Shown in pieces: positions 49,781 through 59,360 of a DNA stretch of 64,000 nt; position 1 is the stretch's first letter, and the number at the start of each line of letters is the position of its first letter. Origin of the DNA: Deltaproteobacteria bacterium (GTDB lineage: Bacteria; Desulfobacterota; Dissulfuribacteria; Dissulfuribacterales; UBA3076); assembly GCA_018399745.1 (NCBI GenBank), contig JAGYNZ010000010.1, positions 5,416 to 69,415 on the forward strand, written 5' to 3'. The position numbers were made by a program, and so were the translations under genes. The notes under the pieces are model-generated. The model worked only from the letters and a program-made list of their open reading frames with translations, was not told the DNA's origin and did not search any database.

Positions 49781-51099
49781 TTTATTTTAGATAGGCTCAG
49801 TATGCCGGTGGGATCAAAGACCGGACGGCCGTCAATAAGAGTAAGGACGGCCCTTCCCTGGAGATCTTTTCCTAAAAAGGGGCTGTTATAACTTAAGGAA
49901 TGAAGAGATTCACGGGTTAAGGTAAAAATGGCCTTCGGATCTATGATGCATATATCAGCGGAATTTCCGCACTTCAAACTTCCTTCCGGCAGGCCCAGGA
50001 TCCTGGAGGGAGAAATAGACATACACCTGATCATTTGAGACGCTGAAATAAAACCATTTCTTACAAGGTTGAGTGAGAGGGGTACAGCTGTCTCAAGACC
50101 TATGATTCCGTTTGCAGCCATTTGAAACTCACATTCCTTTTCGATTACACTGTGGGGGGCATGGTCCGTGGCAATAACATCTATAGTGCCGTCCTTTAGG
50201 CCTTGGATAATTGCAAGACGATCCTCCTCTGTGCGGAGGGGCGGACTCATTTTGGCGAAGGTATTGTAGTCAAATACCGCTTCTTCTGTGAGACTGAAGT
50301 AATGGGGCGCAGTCTCTGCGGTAACCCGTACACCTCTGTTTTTGGCCTGTCGTACTATTTCAACCGAACCTTTTGTGCTTAAATGGGCAATGTGGAGACG
50401 GCCCCCGGTCCACTCAGCCAGGGCTATGTCCCTGAATACCGCAATTTCCTCAGCGGCTGCGGGAATTCCCTTAAGGCCTAAAATAGTAGATACCAGGCCC
50501 TCATTCATTGCGCCACCCTTGGAGAGATCAAGCTCTTCGGAGTGGGATATGATAAGTGCATCAAAGTTCAATGCATATTCCAGGGCCTTACGCATTACCG
50601 CCGCATTTTTCACGGGCAGTCCATCATCTGAGAAGGCTATTGCACCGGCACTGAGGAGGTCTCCAAATTCTGTCAATTGCTCTCCTCTTTGCCCCAGTGT
50701 AACGGCTGCAATCGGATAGACCTTTGCCCGGTCCGAACTCCGCGCCTTTTCCAGTATGAATCTCGTGATGCCCGCGGAATCATTAACAGGCTGAGTGTTG
50801 GGCATGCATGCCACTGCCTTAAAACCACCAGCTATAGCTGCAGCCGTGCCGGATTCAATAGTCTCCTTATATTCCTCTCCCGGCTCTCGCAGATGAACAT
50901 GCATGTCCAACAGACCCGGTACAAGCCATTTCCCCTTCAGGTCAAAGGCCATGGTATGTTGCGGAACTTCGATAGATTCACCCACAGCCGCTATTGTTCC
51001 GTCTTTTATCAGCAGATCACCGATGAAATCCATATTTTGGGATGGATCTATTATACGAGCATTTGTAAACAGACAGGTGTTTATAGATTTAGAGTTCAC
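49777..51099 (-). CDS. pyrC: Dihydroorotase
   Basis: DMHVHLREPG, MPNT, FSDDG, HIAHLST and IATDHAPH motifs; follows pyrB. Confidence 0.95.
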   Translation of the reverse strand: MNSKSINTCLFTNARIIDPSQNMDFIGDLLIKDGTIAAVGESIEVPQHTMAFDLKGKWLVPGLLDMHVHLREPGEEYKETIESGTAAAIAGGFKAVACMPNTQPVNDSAGITRFILEKARSSDRAKVYPIAAVTLGQRGEQLTEFGDLLSAGAIAFSDDGLPVKNAAVMRKALEYALNFDALIISHSEELDLSKGGAMNEGLVSTILGLKGIPAAAEEIAVFRDIALAEWTGGRLHIAHLSTKGSVEIVRQAKNRGVRVTAETAPHYFSLTEEAVFDYNTFAKMSPPLRTEEDRLAIIQGLKDGTIDVIATDHAPHSVIEKECEFQMAANGIIGLETAVPLSLNLVRNGFISASQMIRCMSISPSRILGLPEGSLKCGNSADICIIDPKAIFTLTRESLHSLSYNSPFLGKDLQGRAVLTLIDGRPVFDPTGILSLSKIN

Positions 51100-51245
51100 T
51101 GTTCCGGGTTACCTTTCTATAGGCGTTCATGGGGTTCCGGGTTCATAGGTTTTCCATGATCGATCTTCAGTTTTTTACGTTTGATGTTTCTTCCGTTGAC
51201 CTTTCGAGTTAACTATTACCCTTCAAACCCTGAACCTATGAACCC
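51094..51245. repeat. Inverted GGTTC/GAACC arrays at the pyrB-pyrC junction
   Basis: gttcactgttccgggtt..gttcatggggttccgggttcataggtt on the left and aaaccctgaacctatgaaccc on the right; same unit family as 4998-5212. Confidence 0.6.
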
Positions 51246-52165
51246 TTTGTGAGAAGCAGAGATAGCAGGGCCATTCTTATAGCTACTCCATTTGTGACCT
51301 GATCCAGGATTACAGAATATGGCCCATCCGCCACCTCCGGTGCCATCTCTACCCCACGATTGATAGGTCCGGGGTGCATGATCAATGCACCTGATTTGGC
51401 CAACCTTACCTTGTCAGGGCTGAGGCCGAAGAACAATCCATACTCCCTTAATGAAGGAATAAGACTCTGCCCCTGACGTTCTTTTTGAATCCTGAGGGCT
51501 ATTATTACATCAGCGTATTCCAGGGCGTCTTCCATCTTTAACACCACTTTTGCCCCCAGGACTTCGGATTGACGTGAAGGAAGCATGGTAGCAGGCCCGG
51601 ATACAACGACTTCTGCTCCCATCTTTGTAAAAGCCAGTATATCCGAGTGAGCTACTCTGCTATGAATTATATCTCCGAGTATGGCGATTTTTAATTTATC
51701 AATGTGTCCCAGGTGTTGCCTCACGGTAAAGACATCCAGCAGGGCCTGAGATGGGTGCTCGTTTATACCGTCTCCAGCATTGATTACGGCTGATTTAACG
51801 TATTTGGTGATCAGATGAGGAGTCCCCGTCTGGGGGTGTCGCATGACAATGACATCGGGCCTCATCGCCTCGATATTTCGTGCGGTGTCAATAAGGGTTT
51901 CTCCTTTTAAAACACTGCTGGTATTGGCTGAAATCGACACGGTATCCGCACTTAATCGCTTGGCTGCCAGCTCGAATGAGAGGCGGGTTCTGGTGCTTGG
52001 TTCAAAGAAGAGATGGACTACGGTTTTGCCGCGAAGCGGCGGTACCTTCTTGATAGGTCTTTCAAGGATATCTTTGAGAGACTCGGCAGTATCTAAAATG
52101 AAAGTGATTTCGTCCGGTGAGAGGCTGTATATTCCTAATATGTGTTGGGCAGTAAAGCGATTCAT
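51236..52165 (-). CDS. pyrB: Aspartate carbamoyltransferase catalytic subunit
   Basis: FFEPSTRT, KGET, NAGDG.NEHPSQALLD, HSRVA, RIQ.ER and HPGP.NRG motifs; AGGAGG RBS before ATG 52165. Confidence 0.97.
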   Translation of the reverse strand: MNRFTAQHILGIYSLSPDEITFILDTAESLKDILERPIKKVPPLRGKTVVHLFFEPSTRTRLSFELAAKRLSADTVSISANTSSVLKGETLIDTARNIEAMRPDVIVMRHPQTGTPHLITKYVKSAVINAGDGINEHPSQALLDVFTVRQHLGHIDKLKIAILGDIIHSRVAHSDILAFTKMGAEVVVSGPATMLPSRQSEVLGAKVVLKMEDALEYADVIIALRIQKERQGQSLIPSLREYGLFFGLSPDKVRLAKSGALIMHPGPINRGVEMAPEVADGPYSVILDQVTNGVAIRMALLSLLLTKGS

Positions 52166-52254
52166 GCCAAAAAAAAACCTCCTTTTTGAAAAAAAGGAGG
52201 TGATATGCGGCGTGTCTGCCAAAATATTTTGCTACGGACAAGCCTTACTTTCAT
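52162..52254 (-). CDS. Putative pyrB leader peptide (pyrL-like), 30 aa: MKVRLVRSKIFWQTRRISPPFFQKGGFFLA
   Basis: ATG 52254 to TGA 52164-52162, overlapping the pyrB ATG (ATGA); spans the U-tracts and the terminator hairpin. Confidence 0.6.
   Translation of the reverse strand: MKVRLVRSKIFWQTRRISPPFFQKGGFFLA
52169..52201 (-). terminator. Intrinsic terminator/attenuator containing the pyrB Shine-Dalgarno
   Basis: ACCTCCTTTTT-TTC-AAAAAGGAGGT 11-bp stem followed by 8 more T, ending 3 nt before the pyrB ATG. Confidence 0.8.
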
Positions 52255-52261
52255 AATGTTG

Positions 52262-52291
52262 GATGTAACACGAAGCATACGCATGAGTCAA
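52262..52291 (-). promoter_or_regulatory. Putative sigma-70 promoter for leader-pyrBC
   Basis: TTGACT-N18-TACATC with extended TG; predicted start site at or just before the leader ATG. Confidence 0.45.
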
Positions 52292-52520
52292 GTAAGTCGT
52301 GTTTAAGCTGAAAAAATCAATCGCGCAATATGCGTTTTTTGAATGTGCCTGTCTCTTGCCTGCTTTCCGGATGCAGGTAATTTCTAATATGCGTTGAATC
52401 AGAGATACCGGAATATGAAACAACCGTCCATCTCCAGCAGTGCGAGGGGATTAAGGGAGCGCAAAGGGAAGGAAATGAACGGTTCTGTTAGAAATTTTTT
52501 TTATCGGCTATCGGCCGGCC

Positions 52521-53861
52521 CTAAAATCCTACAGCTAATTGGAAAGTGGCGATGCTCTGGTCTTTCCTGTCGCTATCTTGTCCTACATAGGTATAGTCCA
52601 TGCTGACTTTGGCATTGTGTCCCTTGACGAAGTAATTTAATCCTGCAGTTATGAATTCCGTATCGTCTTTGTCATCCACGTCAACCGCCTCATATTTGAC
52701 ATAAGGCTGGAGACGGCCGGGACCTATGTTGCCCGGCAGCAGATATCCTGACTGGATGTACCAGTTCTGGGCATCATCTCCTGCCGCCAACTCGGAAAAA
52801 TTATGTGTCTGAGTGCAATTCTGAATGTCAATATAGGCAGCTTCTGCAGTTATGGCACCCCCTCCCAGAGGATGGTCGAAAAAGACGTCAGCGGTCCATA
52901 CGAGGTTGTTCTGGTCCTCTTGGCCGTTCAAGGTCAGATCATTTTGAGTGTCGCAGCCCAGACCAAGACTCAGGACTTTTTTCTTGCCGAGATAAGTCCC
53001 CATATTAAACCAGTTTTTCTCGGGTTCAAGGAGATTGAGGGCCACACGACCAGCAAAGCGAAGGTTGTCATCAGGATTGTTGTCATTTTCGACCCCTTCA
53101 GAGACCATGAATCGGTATTGCAGGAGCCCGTCCAGGGGGTTGCCCCAAATTGTCACACTGTCATCTCGACCTACCTTGCTGGCATAAAAGATACTTCCGC
53201 GCACACCGCCTTGTAGAAAGGGTAGATCGGTGGTCAACATGCACTTTGTCGATGTTGTGCCATAGTTGCGTGTAAGGGGGACATACATCCTGCCGACCTG
53301 AACCTTTAAGGCCTCATGCAACTTCAGGGTAATCCAGAGGTCACGGATCGCGATACCGCTCCCAAGACCTACTGAAGGGCTGTCCAGTCCTTCCTGTCCG
53401 ATCCGGTCGGCAGCTATGTGCGTAAAGAAGCTGAAATAAGGAGTTATGTCACCCTTAAGATAGAGGTAAAATCTCCGTGCCATAAAATCGTTAAGGTCTC
53501 CGCCATCCTTCTTTCCATGTTCCACATACTGATACCAGACCTGTGTCCATGCCCCGATTTCTCCCTTGAGTACTTTGTCATCGATCCCCTTCGCTACTTC
53601 ATATTTCTCATGCTGGCGTTGTTCTTCCAGTACCGCCACCTCTTTCTGTATTTTTTTCGCCTCTTCTTCCGTAATTACACCCTTGCTAATCAGGATATCG
53701 ATGAGCGGATCTTGCCTGTCGTATTCTTTTAGCTGTGAAGCGCCGGGTTTTTCTTTACCAGTCTGGTCATCAATTCCGAACTTGAATCCTCCCCATGCAG
53801 AACTCCCTGTCCAGAAAATACAGGCCATGAAAACAAACAGCATTTTTACAAATCGATTCAT
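52521..53861 (-). CDS. Outer-membrane porin (OprO/OprP-like anion porin)
   Basis: Signal peptide, LIDIL.SKGVIT.EEA N-terminal motif, F.ARR..L...G.., amphipathic beta strands and C-terminal Phe. Confidence 0.8.
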   Translation of the reverse strand: MNRFVKMLFVFMACIFWTGSSAWGGFKFGIDDQTGKEKPGASQLKEYDRQDPLIDILISKGVITEEEAKKIQKEVAVLEEQRQHEKYEVAKGIDDKVLKGEIGAWTQVWYQYVEHGKKDGGDLNDFMARRFYLYLKGDITPYFSFFTHIAADRIGQEGLDSPSVGLGSGIAIRDLWITLKLHEALKVQVGRMYVPLTRNYGTTSTKCMLTTDLPFLQGGVRGSIFYASKVGRDDSVTIWGNPLDGLLQYRFMVSEGVENDNNPDDNLRFAGRVALNLLEPEKNWFNMGTYLGKKKVLSLGLGCDTQNDLTLNGQEDQNNLVWTADVFFDHPLGGGAITAEAAYIDIQNCTQTHNFSELAAGDDAQNWYIQSGYLLPGNIGPGRLQPYVKYEAVDVDDKDDTEFITAGLNYFVKGHNAKVSMDYTYVGQDSDRKDQSIATFQLAVGF

Positions 53862-54002
53862 CTCTTTACTCCTTTCCCTTTGATGTAGTTTTGTAGATAT
53901 TTTTGTAAATTTATTTACAGGAAAAACTCTCCCTGGTTCACTGAATGTGTTCCTTCAGCAGGACAAAAAGAATTATTAGAATTCTTAATCATTTGGACGA
54001 AC

Positions 54003-54076
54003 TTTTATATCATGATAATCAATAGGTCAAATAGAAATAATTGATATTAAATAATAATTCTATTGAGTTTTTCTAT
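54003..54076 (-). promoter_or_regulatory. Shared promoter/operator copy A (porin), two LysR-type boxes
   Basis: 59/74 identical, ungapped, to 62201-62274; boxes ATAGAAATAATTGAT (54031-54045) and ATTGAGTTTTTCTAT (54062-54076). Confidence 0.75.
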
Positions 54077-54206
54077 TCTGGAAATTAACCCGCCATGGTC
54101 CCTGATTATGTTGTTGTCCAGTTTACCGGAGAGGCGACAAAGAAGCGCACAGGGTGTAGTCGAGCGGTGATGTCTGCTTGGCAGGGAGTGATCTGGACGG
54201 TTATGG

Positions 54207-54773
54207 TTATCCCATACCGGAAGGGCAAACTTTTTTTATCCTATTCGATACGCCGTAGGCCTTTAAGAGATAACGGGCTGCTGAGGGGACCAGATTCTCC
54301 CACGGCTTATCCTGAGAGATAAGCTTCCTGATATATGTTGAGGACAAGCCTTTTTGTTCAATGGGCCTTCGCCATAAAACCTCGGTTTTGAGGCCCATGG
54401 ATTGAAACATTTCGAGTTTCTTCTCACCCCATCTATCATAAATGGTCAAAAAAAACAGGGCATCAAAGGGGACATAGTATTTGTAGAGTTCAGGTACATT
54501 GATGGGAAAAGGGACTATGGAGAACTCATTTATTACAAGCCCCTGTTGCAGCAATACGGCTTTAACTACCCGGTATCTTTCATAATATGTAAAAGGGTTT
54601 GCATTCAGTGAATCCCTGAGCGGGTCCGCAGCGTCTTTACGGGTCAGGGTTGGGTCCGGGTTGGTTATTCCGACAACAAGGTGCCTGCATTTTGACTTTG
54701 CGGCCATCAGGTATTTAACGTGGTCATTATGCAGGATCTGAAAGCGTCCGTGAATAATGCCTGTTTCAGCCAT
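54207..54773 (-). CDS. Cytidylyltransferase-like nucleotidyltransferase (NMN/NaMN adenylyltransferase-like)
   Basis: GIIHGRFQILHNDH (HxGH-like), VVGITN, NPFTY.ER and SST.IR motifs. Confidence 0.8.
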   Translation of the reverse strand: MAETGIIHGRFQILHNDHVKYLMAAKSKCRHLVVGITNPDPTLTRKDAADPLRDSLNANPFTYYERYRVVKAVLLQQGLVINEFSIVPFPINVPELYKYYVPFDALFFLTIYDRWGEKKLEMFQSMGLKTEVLWRRPIEQKGLSSTYIRKLISQDKPWENLVPSAARYLLKAYGVSNRIKKVCPSGMG

Positions 54774-54848
54774 AATCACCCTGAGATTTTTTTAAAAAAG
54801 AGTAACATGATAACTCCGGGAGTAATCAGCATTCCGTACTACGTGACG

Positions 54849-56159
54849 TTATTCCAGACTGAAAGGTGTTCTGTGTCCTGGCCAATAGGCCTGATCTTCC
54901 GGGGTGTCCATAAGGCCCCTTAGTTTCGCTCTATCCAGAAAATCAAGTATCATAGGCATGAAGTCAGACCCTGTCACAAAACCCAGTGCTCCACCGGCAC
55001 AATTAATTTCGTCAAAGCGTTCAACATCATCCCTGCGAATTCCTTGCCCGACTATGGTAATCGGCACAGGTTCCCCTGAGTGAATCAGAGGACCGGCAGA
55101 GGGGGTGGAGTGATCGGATGTGATCACAAGTAATAATTCAGGGTCCTCAAGCAGCGTGTTGAGGACACTTCCCAACCCCCTGTCCAGAGACTCGATTACA
55201 TCCCTTTTAAGGCGGGGATTTTTCGTGTGGGCGGCAGAGTCCGGAGTCTTGGTGTGTACATGGATAAAATCAAAATCACGAACGTTTGACAGGGCGAGCC
55301 TGATCCGGTCGGCGAGGTCTTTATCCGGATCTAAGCTGTCATGCTGCTTCAAAAACTCTATGCCCAGAAAGGTGGACAATCCCCAAAAAATCAGGCCTGA
55401 GGATATTGATAATCCCCTGAGCCCCCAGCGTTGGTAAAAATGATCAACCTTCTTAAGTCTGCCAGGGCGATGAGTCGCAAGGGCATTTATGGGAAATTTT
55501 TTTTCCATCTGCCTTTTTAAATTGACTTGGTGGCATTTAAGCCTGCTATAGCAGTCCCGAAGAAATTCTTTAAGAATTCTGGAGGTGGTCTGTGCCTTAA
55601 GGTCTTCACGATTCGAATCGAGAGGCTGTATTTCTATAAAAGGCATACCTTCCTGCAGGGGATCTGAGTCGGTTACATGCGGGGAAGCACCGCCTTTCAT
55701 CAGAACAACACCATCGAGACCATGTGTCTGAACAAAATATACCTTAAGACCGTCGGCCTTATGTATAGTGATCCCCTTTAGAATTTGATCTATTTCTTCT
55801 GTAGTGGCCTTCGGTCTGTCTTTTCTGAGTATAAGTGTGTTGTTTTTCTCGGCCACACTTACAAAGTGTGCCAAAAAAGCCACGTCATCAGGGCGGACGG
55901 GAATTCCAGCTCCCAGCGCCTCCAGTATTCCTCTTCCTGGAAATTCCTCCTGTCTGTAGCCGAACAGGGCGAAGTGTGCATTTTCACTGGGGAGGGCCAG
56001 GCCCTGCCTTTTACCATGAAACAGACCATTGCCGCCCAGCCTTGCGAGTCTGTCGAGGTTAGGGGTTTCGGCTGCCTGCAGCGGGGTTTTGCCGCCCAGA
56101 TTTACATATGCCCGGTCACCGAGACCGTCCAGCAGTATCAATATACATTTAGAAGGCAT
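54849..56159 (-). CDS. Cofactor-independent phosphoglycerate mutase-like enzyme (ApgM / alkaline phosphatase superfamily)
   Basis: LLDGLGD, TPLQAA.TPNLD, PSENAH..LFGY, GRG.LEALG, HTK.PD.AAH, TSDHST and HSGEP motifs; start trimmed to ATG 56159. Confidence 0.85.
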   Translation of the reverse strand: MPSKCILILLDGLGDRAYVNLGGKTPLQAAETPNLDRLARLGGNGLFHGKRQGLALPSENAHFALFGYRQEEFPGRGILEALGAGIPVRPDDVAFLAHFVSVAEKNNTLILRKDRPKATTEEIDQILKGITIHKADGLKVYFVQTHGLDGVVLMKGGASPHVTDSDPLQEGMPFIEIQPLDSNREDLKAQTTSRILKEFLRDCYSRLKCHQVNLKRQMEKKFPINALATHRPGRLKKVDHFYQRWGLRGLSISSGLIFWGLSTFLGIEFLKQHDSLDPDKDLADRIRLALSNVRDFDFIHVHTKTPDSAAHTKNPRLKRDVIESLDRGLGSVLNTLLEDPELLLVITSDHSTPSAGPLIHSGEPVPITIVGQGIRRDDVERFDEINCAGGALGFVTGSDFMPMILDFLDRAKLRGLMDTPEDQAYWPGHRTPFSLE

Positions 56160-56275
56160 TAAACGATTATACTGAAAAAGGTCTGAAATATAGTTCTCAA
56201 ATTTAATATATGTTCTCCAGTAAAAGCAGATAGTGGAAATTTTGCAATATAAAATCATAATTGAATATGATGCTA

Positions 56276-56290
56276 ATAGAAAAAATCTAT
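56276..56290. promoter_or_regulatory. LysR-type palindromic box in the divergent iPGM-like/PHP promoter
   Basis: ATAG-AAAAAAT-CTAT (ATAG-N7-CTAT). Confidence 0.55.
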
Positions 56291-56355
56291 GGACATCTTG
56301 CTTTTCATATATAAAATCAATTTGACTTTTTGCCAAATTATCAGAAACATATAAC

Positions 56356-56979
56356 ATGCTTTTTGACTTTCATGTACATACCCGAATTTCACCATGCAGT
56401 GACCTTGATCTGAAGGATATATTGAAACACGCCAGGTCCAGAGGTCTGGACGGGGTTTGCATTACTGATCACGATACAATGGACATAAGAAATTTTTGCC
56501 AGGAAGGAATACAACGAGACGGTCTATGCATAATTTTCGGAATGGAATATTCGACTGCAGAAGGGGATTTCCTCATCTTTGGTCCATTTGAAGGAGTGCC
56601 CCGGGGACTTTCAGCAAAAGAGATTCTCACAGAGGCAGATAAATCGGGTGGAGTGGCTATTGCAGCGCATCCTTGCAGGAAGGCCCGTCCTACCATGGAG
56701 TATGTTATCAAAGAAGGATATTGCCGTATAGTGGAAGGGATAAACGGCCGGAATCAAAGACATGAAAATCAGATGGCCATGTCTTTGTATCAGAATTATT
56801 CTGTCTCATTTTTAGGTGGCAGTGATTCGCACACCCTGGAAGAACTGGGCAGCATTTCTACCCTCATTTATGGCGCGATAAGGACAAGGTCGGATTTAAT
56901 TAATGCCGTTAAACAAGGAAATTTTGCCCTCGATACCCGGAATCATATGAATTCCTTGCAGCCGGAATCGTCTTTGTAG
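56356..56979 (+). CDS. PHP-domain metallo-phosphoesterase
   Basis: DFHVHT, CITDHD, GMEY, AAHP, EGINGR and GGSDSH motifs. Confidence 0.88.
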   Translation: MLFDFHVHTRISPCSDLDLKDILKHARSRGLDGVCITDHDTMDIRNFCQEGIQRDGLCIIFGMEYSTAEGDFLIFGPFEGVPRGLSAKEILTEADKSGGVAIAAHPCRKARPTMEYVIKEGYCRIVEGINGRNQRHENQMAMSLYQNYSVSFLGGSDSHTLEELGSISTLIYGAIRTRSDLINAVKQGNFALDTRNHMNSLQPESSL

Positions 56980-57150
56980 TCTCAATGCTGGCAAAGTAAT
57001 CGTTTCGCTGTACTCGAAATTATAAATATCTTCCAAAGTCCCTTTACTTATATTGATTTCTTTTAATAAATTATTCTTTCTGCATCGGTAGAATTTTAAT
57101 AATAAAATGCTAATCTTTTAGGTTTAGGTACAAGGATAAAGGAAAATGCA

Positions 57151-58200
57151 ATGAGCGCGCAGAAAAGACTTCGTCTCACCGAGACGGTTTCCGGTGCAGG
57201 GTGAGCCTCAAAAATTCCTCCAGGGGACCTGGACAGGGCATTATGCGGACTGGAATACCCAGTTGACCCCAATCTTATCGTGGGATTACAGCGGGCTGAC
57301 GACGCGGCCGTATATAAAATCACCGACGATATTGCCATAATACAGACGGTGGACTTTTTCACTCCAATCGTCGATGATCCATACTGGTTTGGCCAGATTG
57401 CCGCTGCCAATGCATTGAGTGATGTCTATGCCATGGGGGGTGTTCCCAAAACGGCAATGAATATAGTGTGCTTTCCTTTGAAAAAAATGGATCTTTCCGT
57501 CCTCCGGCGGATCATTCAGGGTGGATTGGATAAGATGAAGGAGGCGGATGTCGTTTTGGTGGGTGGGCACAGTGTGGAGGATGCTGAATTGAAATACGGT
57601 CTGTCTGTCACTGGTTTTGTCCATCCAAAACGCATCCTTATTAAAAAAGCCATGGAACCAGGGGATCATTTGATCCTGACCAAGGCCTTGGGTACTGGGA
57701 TTATCAATACGGCCATTAAGGCTGGAATTGCCTCCAATGAGACCATTGAAAGCGTCACTCGTCTCATGGCTACCCTTAATCGGGATGCGGCTGATGTGAT
57801 GCGACATTATCCGGTCCATGCATGTACCGATGTTACCGGTTTTGGTCTTTTGGGTCACATGTGCGAGATGATAGTAGATACCGATATAGGAATTAATTTA
57901 CAGGCCAGCCTGGTCCCATGCCTTCCTGAGGCCATGGAATATGCCCGAATGGGTCTGGTGCCGGCCGGAACTTATAAGAACCGGGAATTCCGTGAGGCAT
58001 TTGTGGATTTTGCACCTTCTGTGGACGGGTTTATGCAGGACATCCTTTTCGATGCCCAAACCTCCGGCGGGTTACTGATTTCAGTGGCAGGAGAGGCAGC
58101 TAATCAATTGCTGAGTGATTTACAAAGAAGAGGGATGACCAGCGCAACAGTAATAGGTAAGGTAGTGTCTGAGCCAAAAGAGAAGATTTTAGTGGTATAA
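57151..58200 (+). CDS. selD: Selenide, water dikinase (selenophosphate synthetase), Sec18, 349 aa
   Basis: ATG 57151, MSAQKRLRLTETVSGAGUASK with TGA at 57202-57204, in frame with the DDAAVY, TVDFFTP, NALSDVYAMGG, TDVTGFGL.GH and DAQTSGGLL motifs. Confidence 0.97.
57219..57233 (+). promoter_or_regulatory. Bacterial SECIS hairpin (selD)
   Basis: TCCAGG-GGA-CCTGGA perfect stem, loop at +21 to +23. Confidence 0.85.
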
Positions 58201-58267
58201 TTGCGCCCTGCGGACTTGATTTAACTTAGGCATAAGTTTTTCGGTCTCTCTCCGCAGTTTTCTGCTT

Positions 58268-58927
58268 TCAGTATATTAGTATTAGACCAAGATGTGATAC
58301 GCAGGGTAACTCAGATGGTAGAGTGAGCTTTCCTGCAGGATAGATATCCCAGCCTGCCCGAATCGCCATTTTGAAAACATCCATTCCTACTGCGTGCATT
58401 GAGGGCCTCCCTCTCAAGGGATGTCGACAACTCTGGCCTGCTATTATAGCACTGCAGTCATCTTCTGGGCACAGGACTGATTTGCATGAAGATCCTCCAA
58501 AACCGAGTGCCAGATAGTAACCATCATAATATGCCTGAGCTTCAATCCTTGATACGATCTCAAAACTCTTTATCTTTATATCTCGGTCGCACCCAACCAG
58601 TGTTTCAGCCGATCCATCCAGTTTAAAAAAGATGGCATAATCGAAATTATTCACCATTATTCTGATTTGATCTGGACGAGGAGTATAAGGTGGGCAATTT
58701 ACGTTAGTTCCACAGACCGGACACCTCGGAAACATACATTTTGCAACCACTCTCTCGTCAATCACTATGTCACTAGAATTGATGATTTTGGCATCCGTTG
58801 CCCCAATTTTGACGGCACGTTGCCTATATTTTTCAAGATCATTTTCAAGGACCTCTTCAGGGACGTATTCTACAATTTTGTGAAGCACGGCGTTTCTTTT
58901 CTCAAGTTTTCCGAAGACCAGGATCAT
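58268..58927 (-). CDS. DUF2284 family Cys-rich metal-binding protein
   Basis: KC..P.C..CG.N..CPP, GGSSC...LC....C......CR.P..GRPSM.AVG.DV motifs. Confidence 0.8.
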   Translation of the reverse strand: MILVFGKLEKRNAVLHKIVEYVPEEVLENDLEKYRQRAVKIGATDAKIINSSDIVIDERVVAKCMFPRCPVCGTNVNCPPYTPRPDQIRIMVNNFDYAIFFKLDGSAETLVGCDRDIKIKSFEIVSRIEAQAYYDGYYLALGFGGSSCKSVLCPEDDCSAIIAGQSCRHPLRGRPSMHAVGMDVFKMAIRAGWDIYPAGKLTLPSELPCVSHLGLILIY

Positions 58928-59108
58928 TATTCTTATCAGAACAGATCCATCTCACTAATATCAAAAAATTTAGGACTTCGTCTTCCTGACATGATCCCAG
59001 CCCCTTTTTCCCCTTCACTGAGGCCGGACTGGGCTGGTTTCCTTATCAATTAAAATTAATGAATCGAGTAAGTTGTGTACTTGATATTGTATTGTCCGGA
59101 ATCTGGAT

Positions 59109-59360
59109 TTAATTTCGATCCATTGTACCGTGATTGATCTCTGCCTTCAGGTCCGAAATCAGCTCTTCCATGTCTATTTTATATTTTTCAGTCACTTTTT
59201 CCAGGGTCTCGAACAGTGCGTTGCAACAGATACATGTCCCAGCCTGTTTGTCGTATTTTCTGAATACAGTCTCTGTTTTCCTGTACAGGTGAATGATTTC
59301 AAGCACAGTCATTTCCGGATGAATGTCATATATGTGTAATTTCTTTAATTCTGTATTCAT
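59109..59360 (-). CDS. Small DUF1858-like protein with CICC motif
   Basis: I.PEMTVLEII..Y..TE.VF..Y....G.CICC.ALFETLE; translationally coupled to the upstream gene. Confidence 0.65.
   Translation of the reverse strand: MNTELKKLHIYDIHPEMTVLEIIHLYRKTETVFRKYDKQAGTCICCNALFETLEKVTEKYKIDMEELISDLKAEINHGTMDRN

Noticed and set aside
56160-56357. N-terminal 66-aa extension of ORF 54849..56357
   Set aside because: AT-rich divergent promoter sequence; homology begins at MPSKCILILLDG (56159).
58980-59045. CCAGCCC/GGGCTGG hairpin upstream of DUF2284, checked as a cobalamin riboswitch
   Set aside because: B12-box and other conserved elements are absent; at most a simple hairpin.
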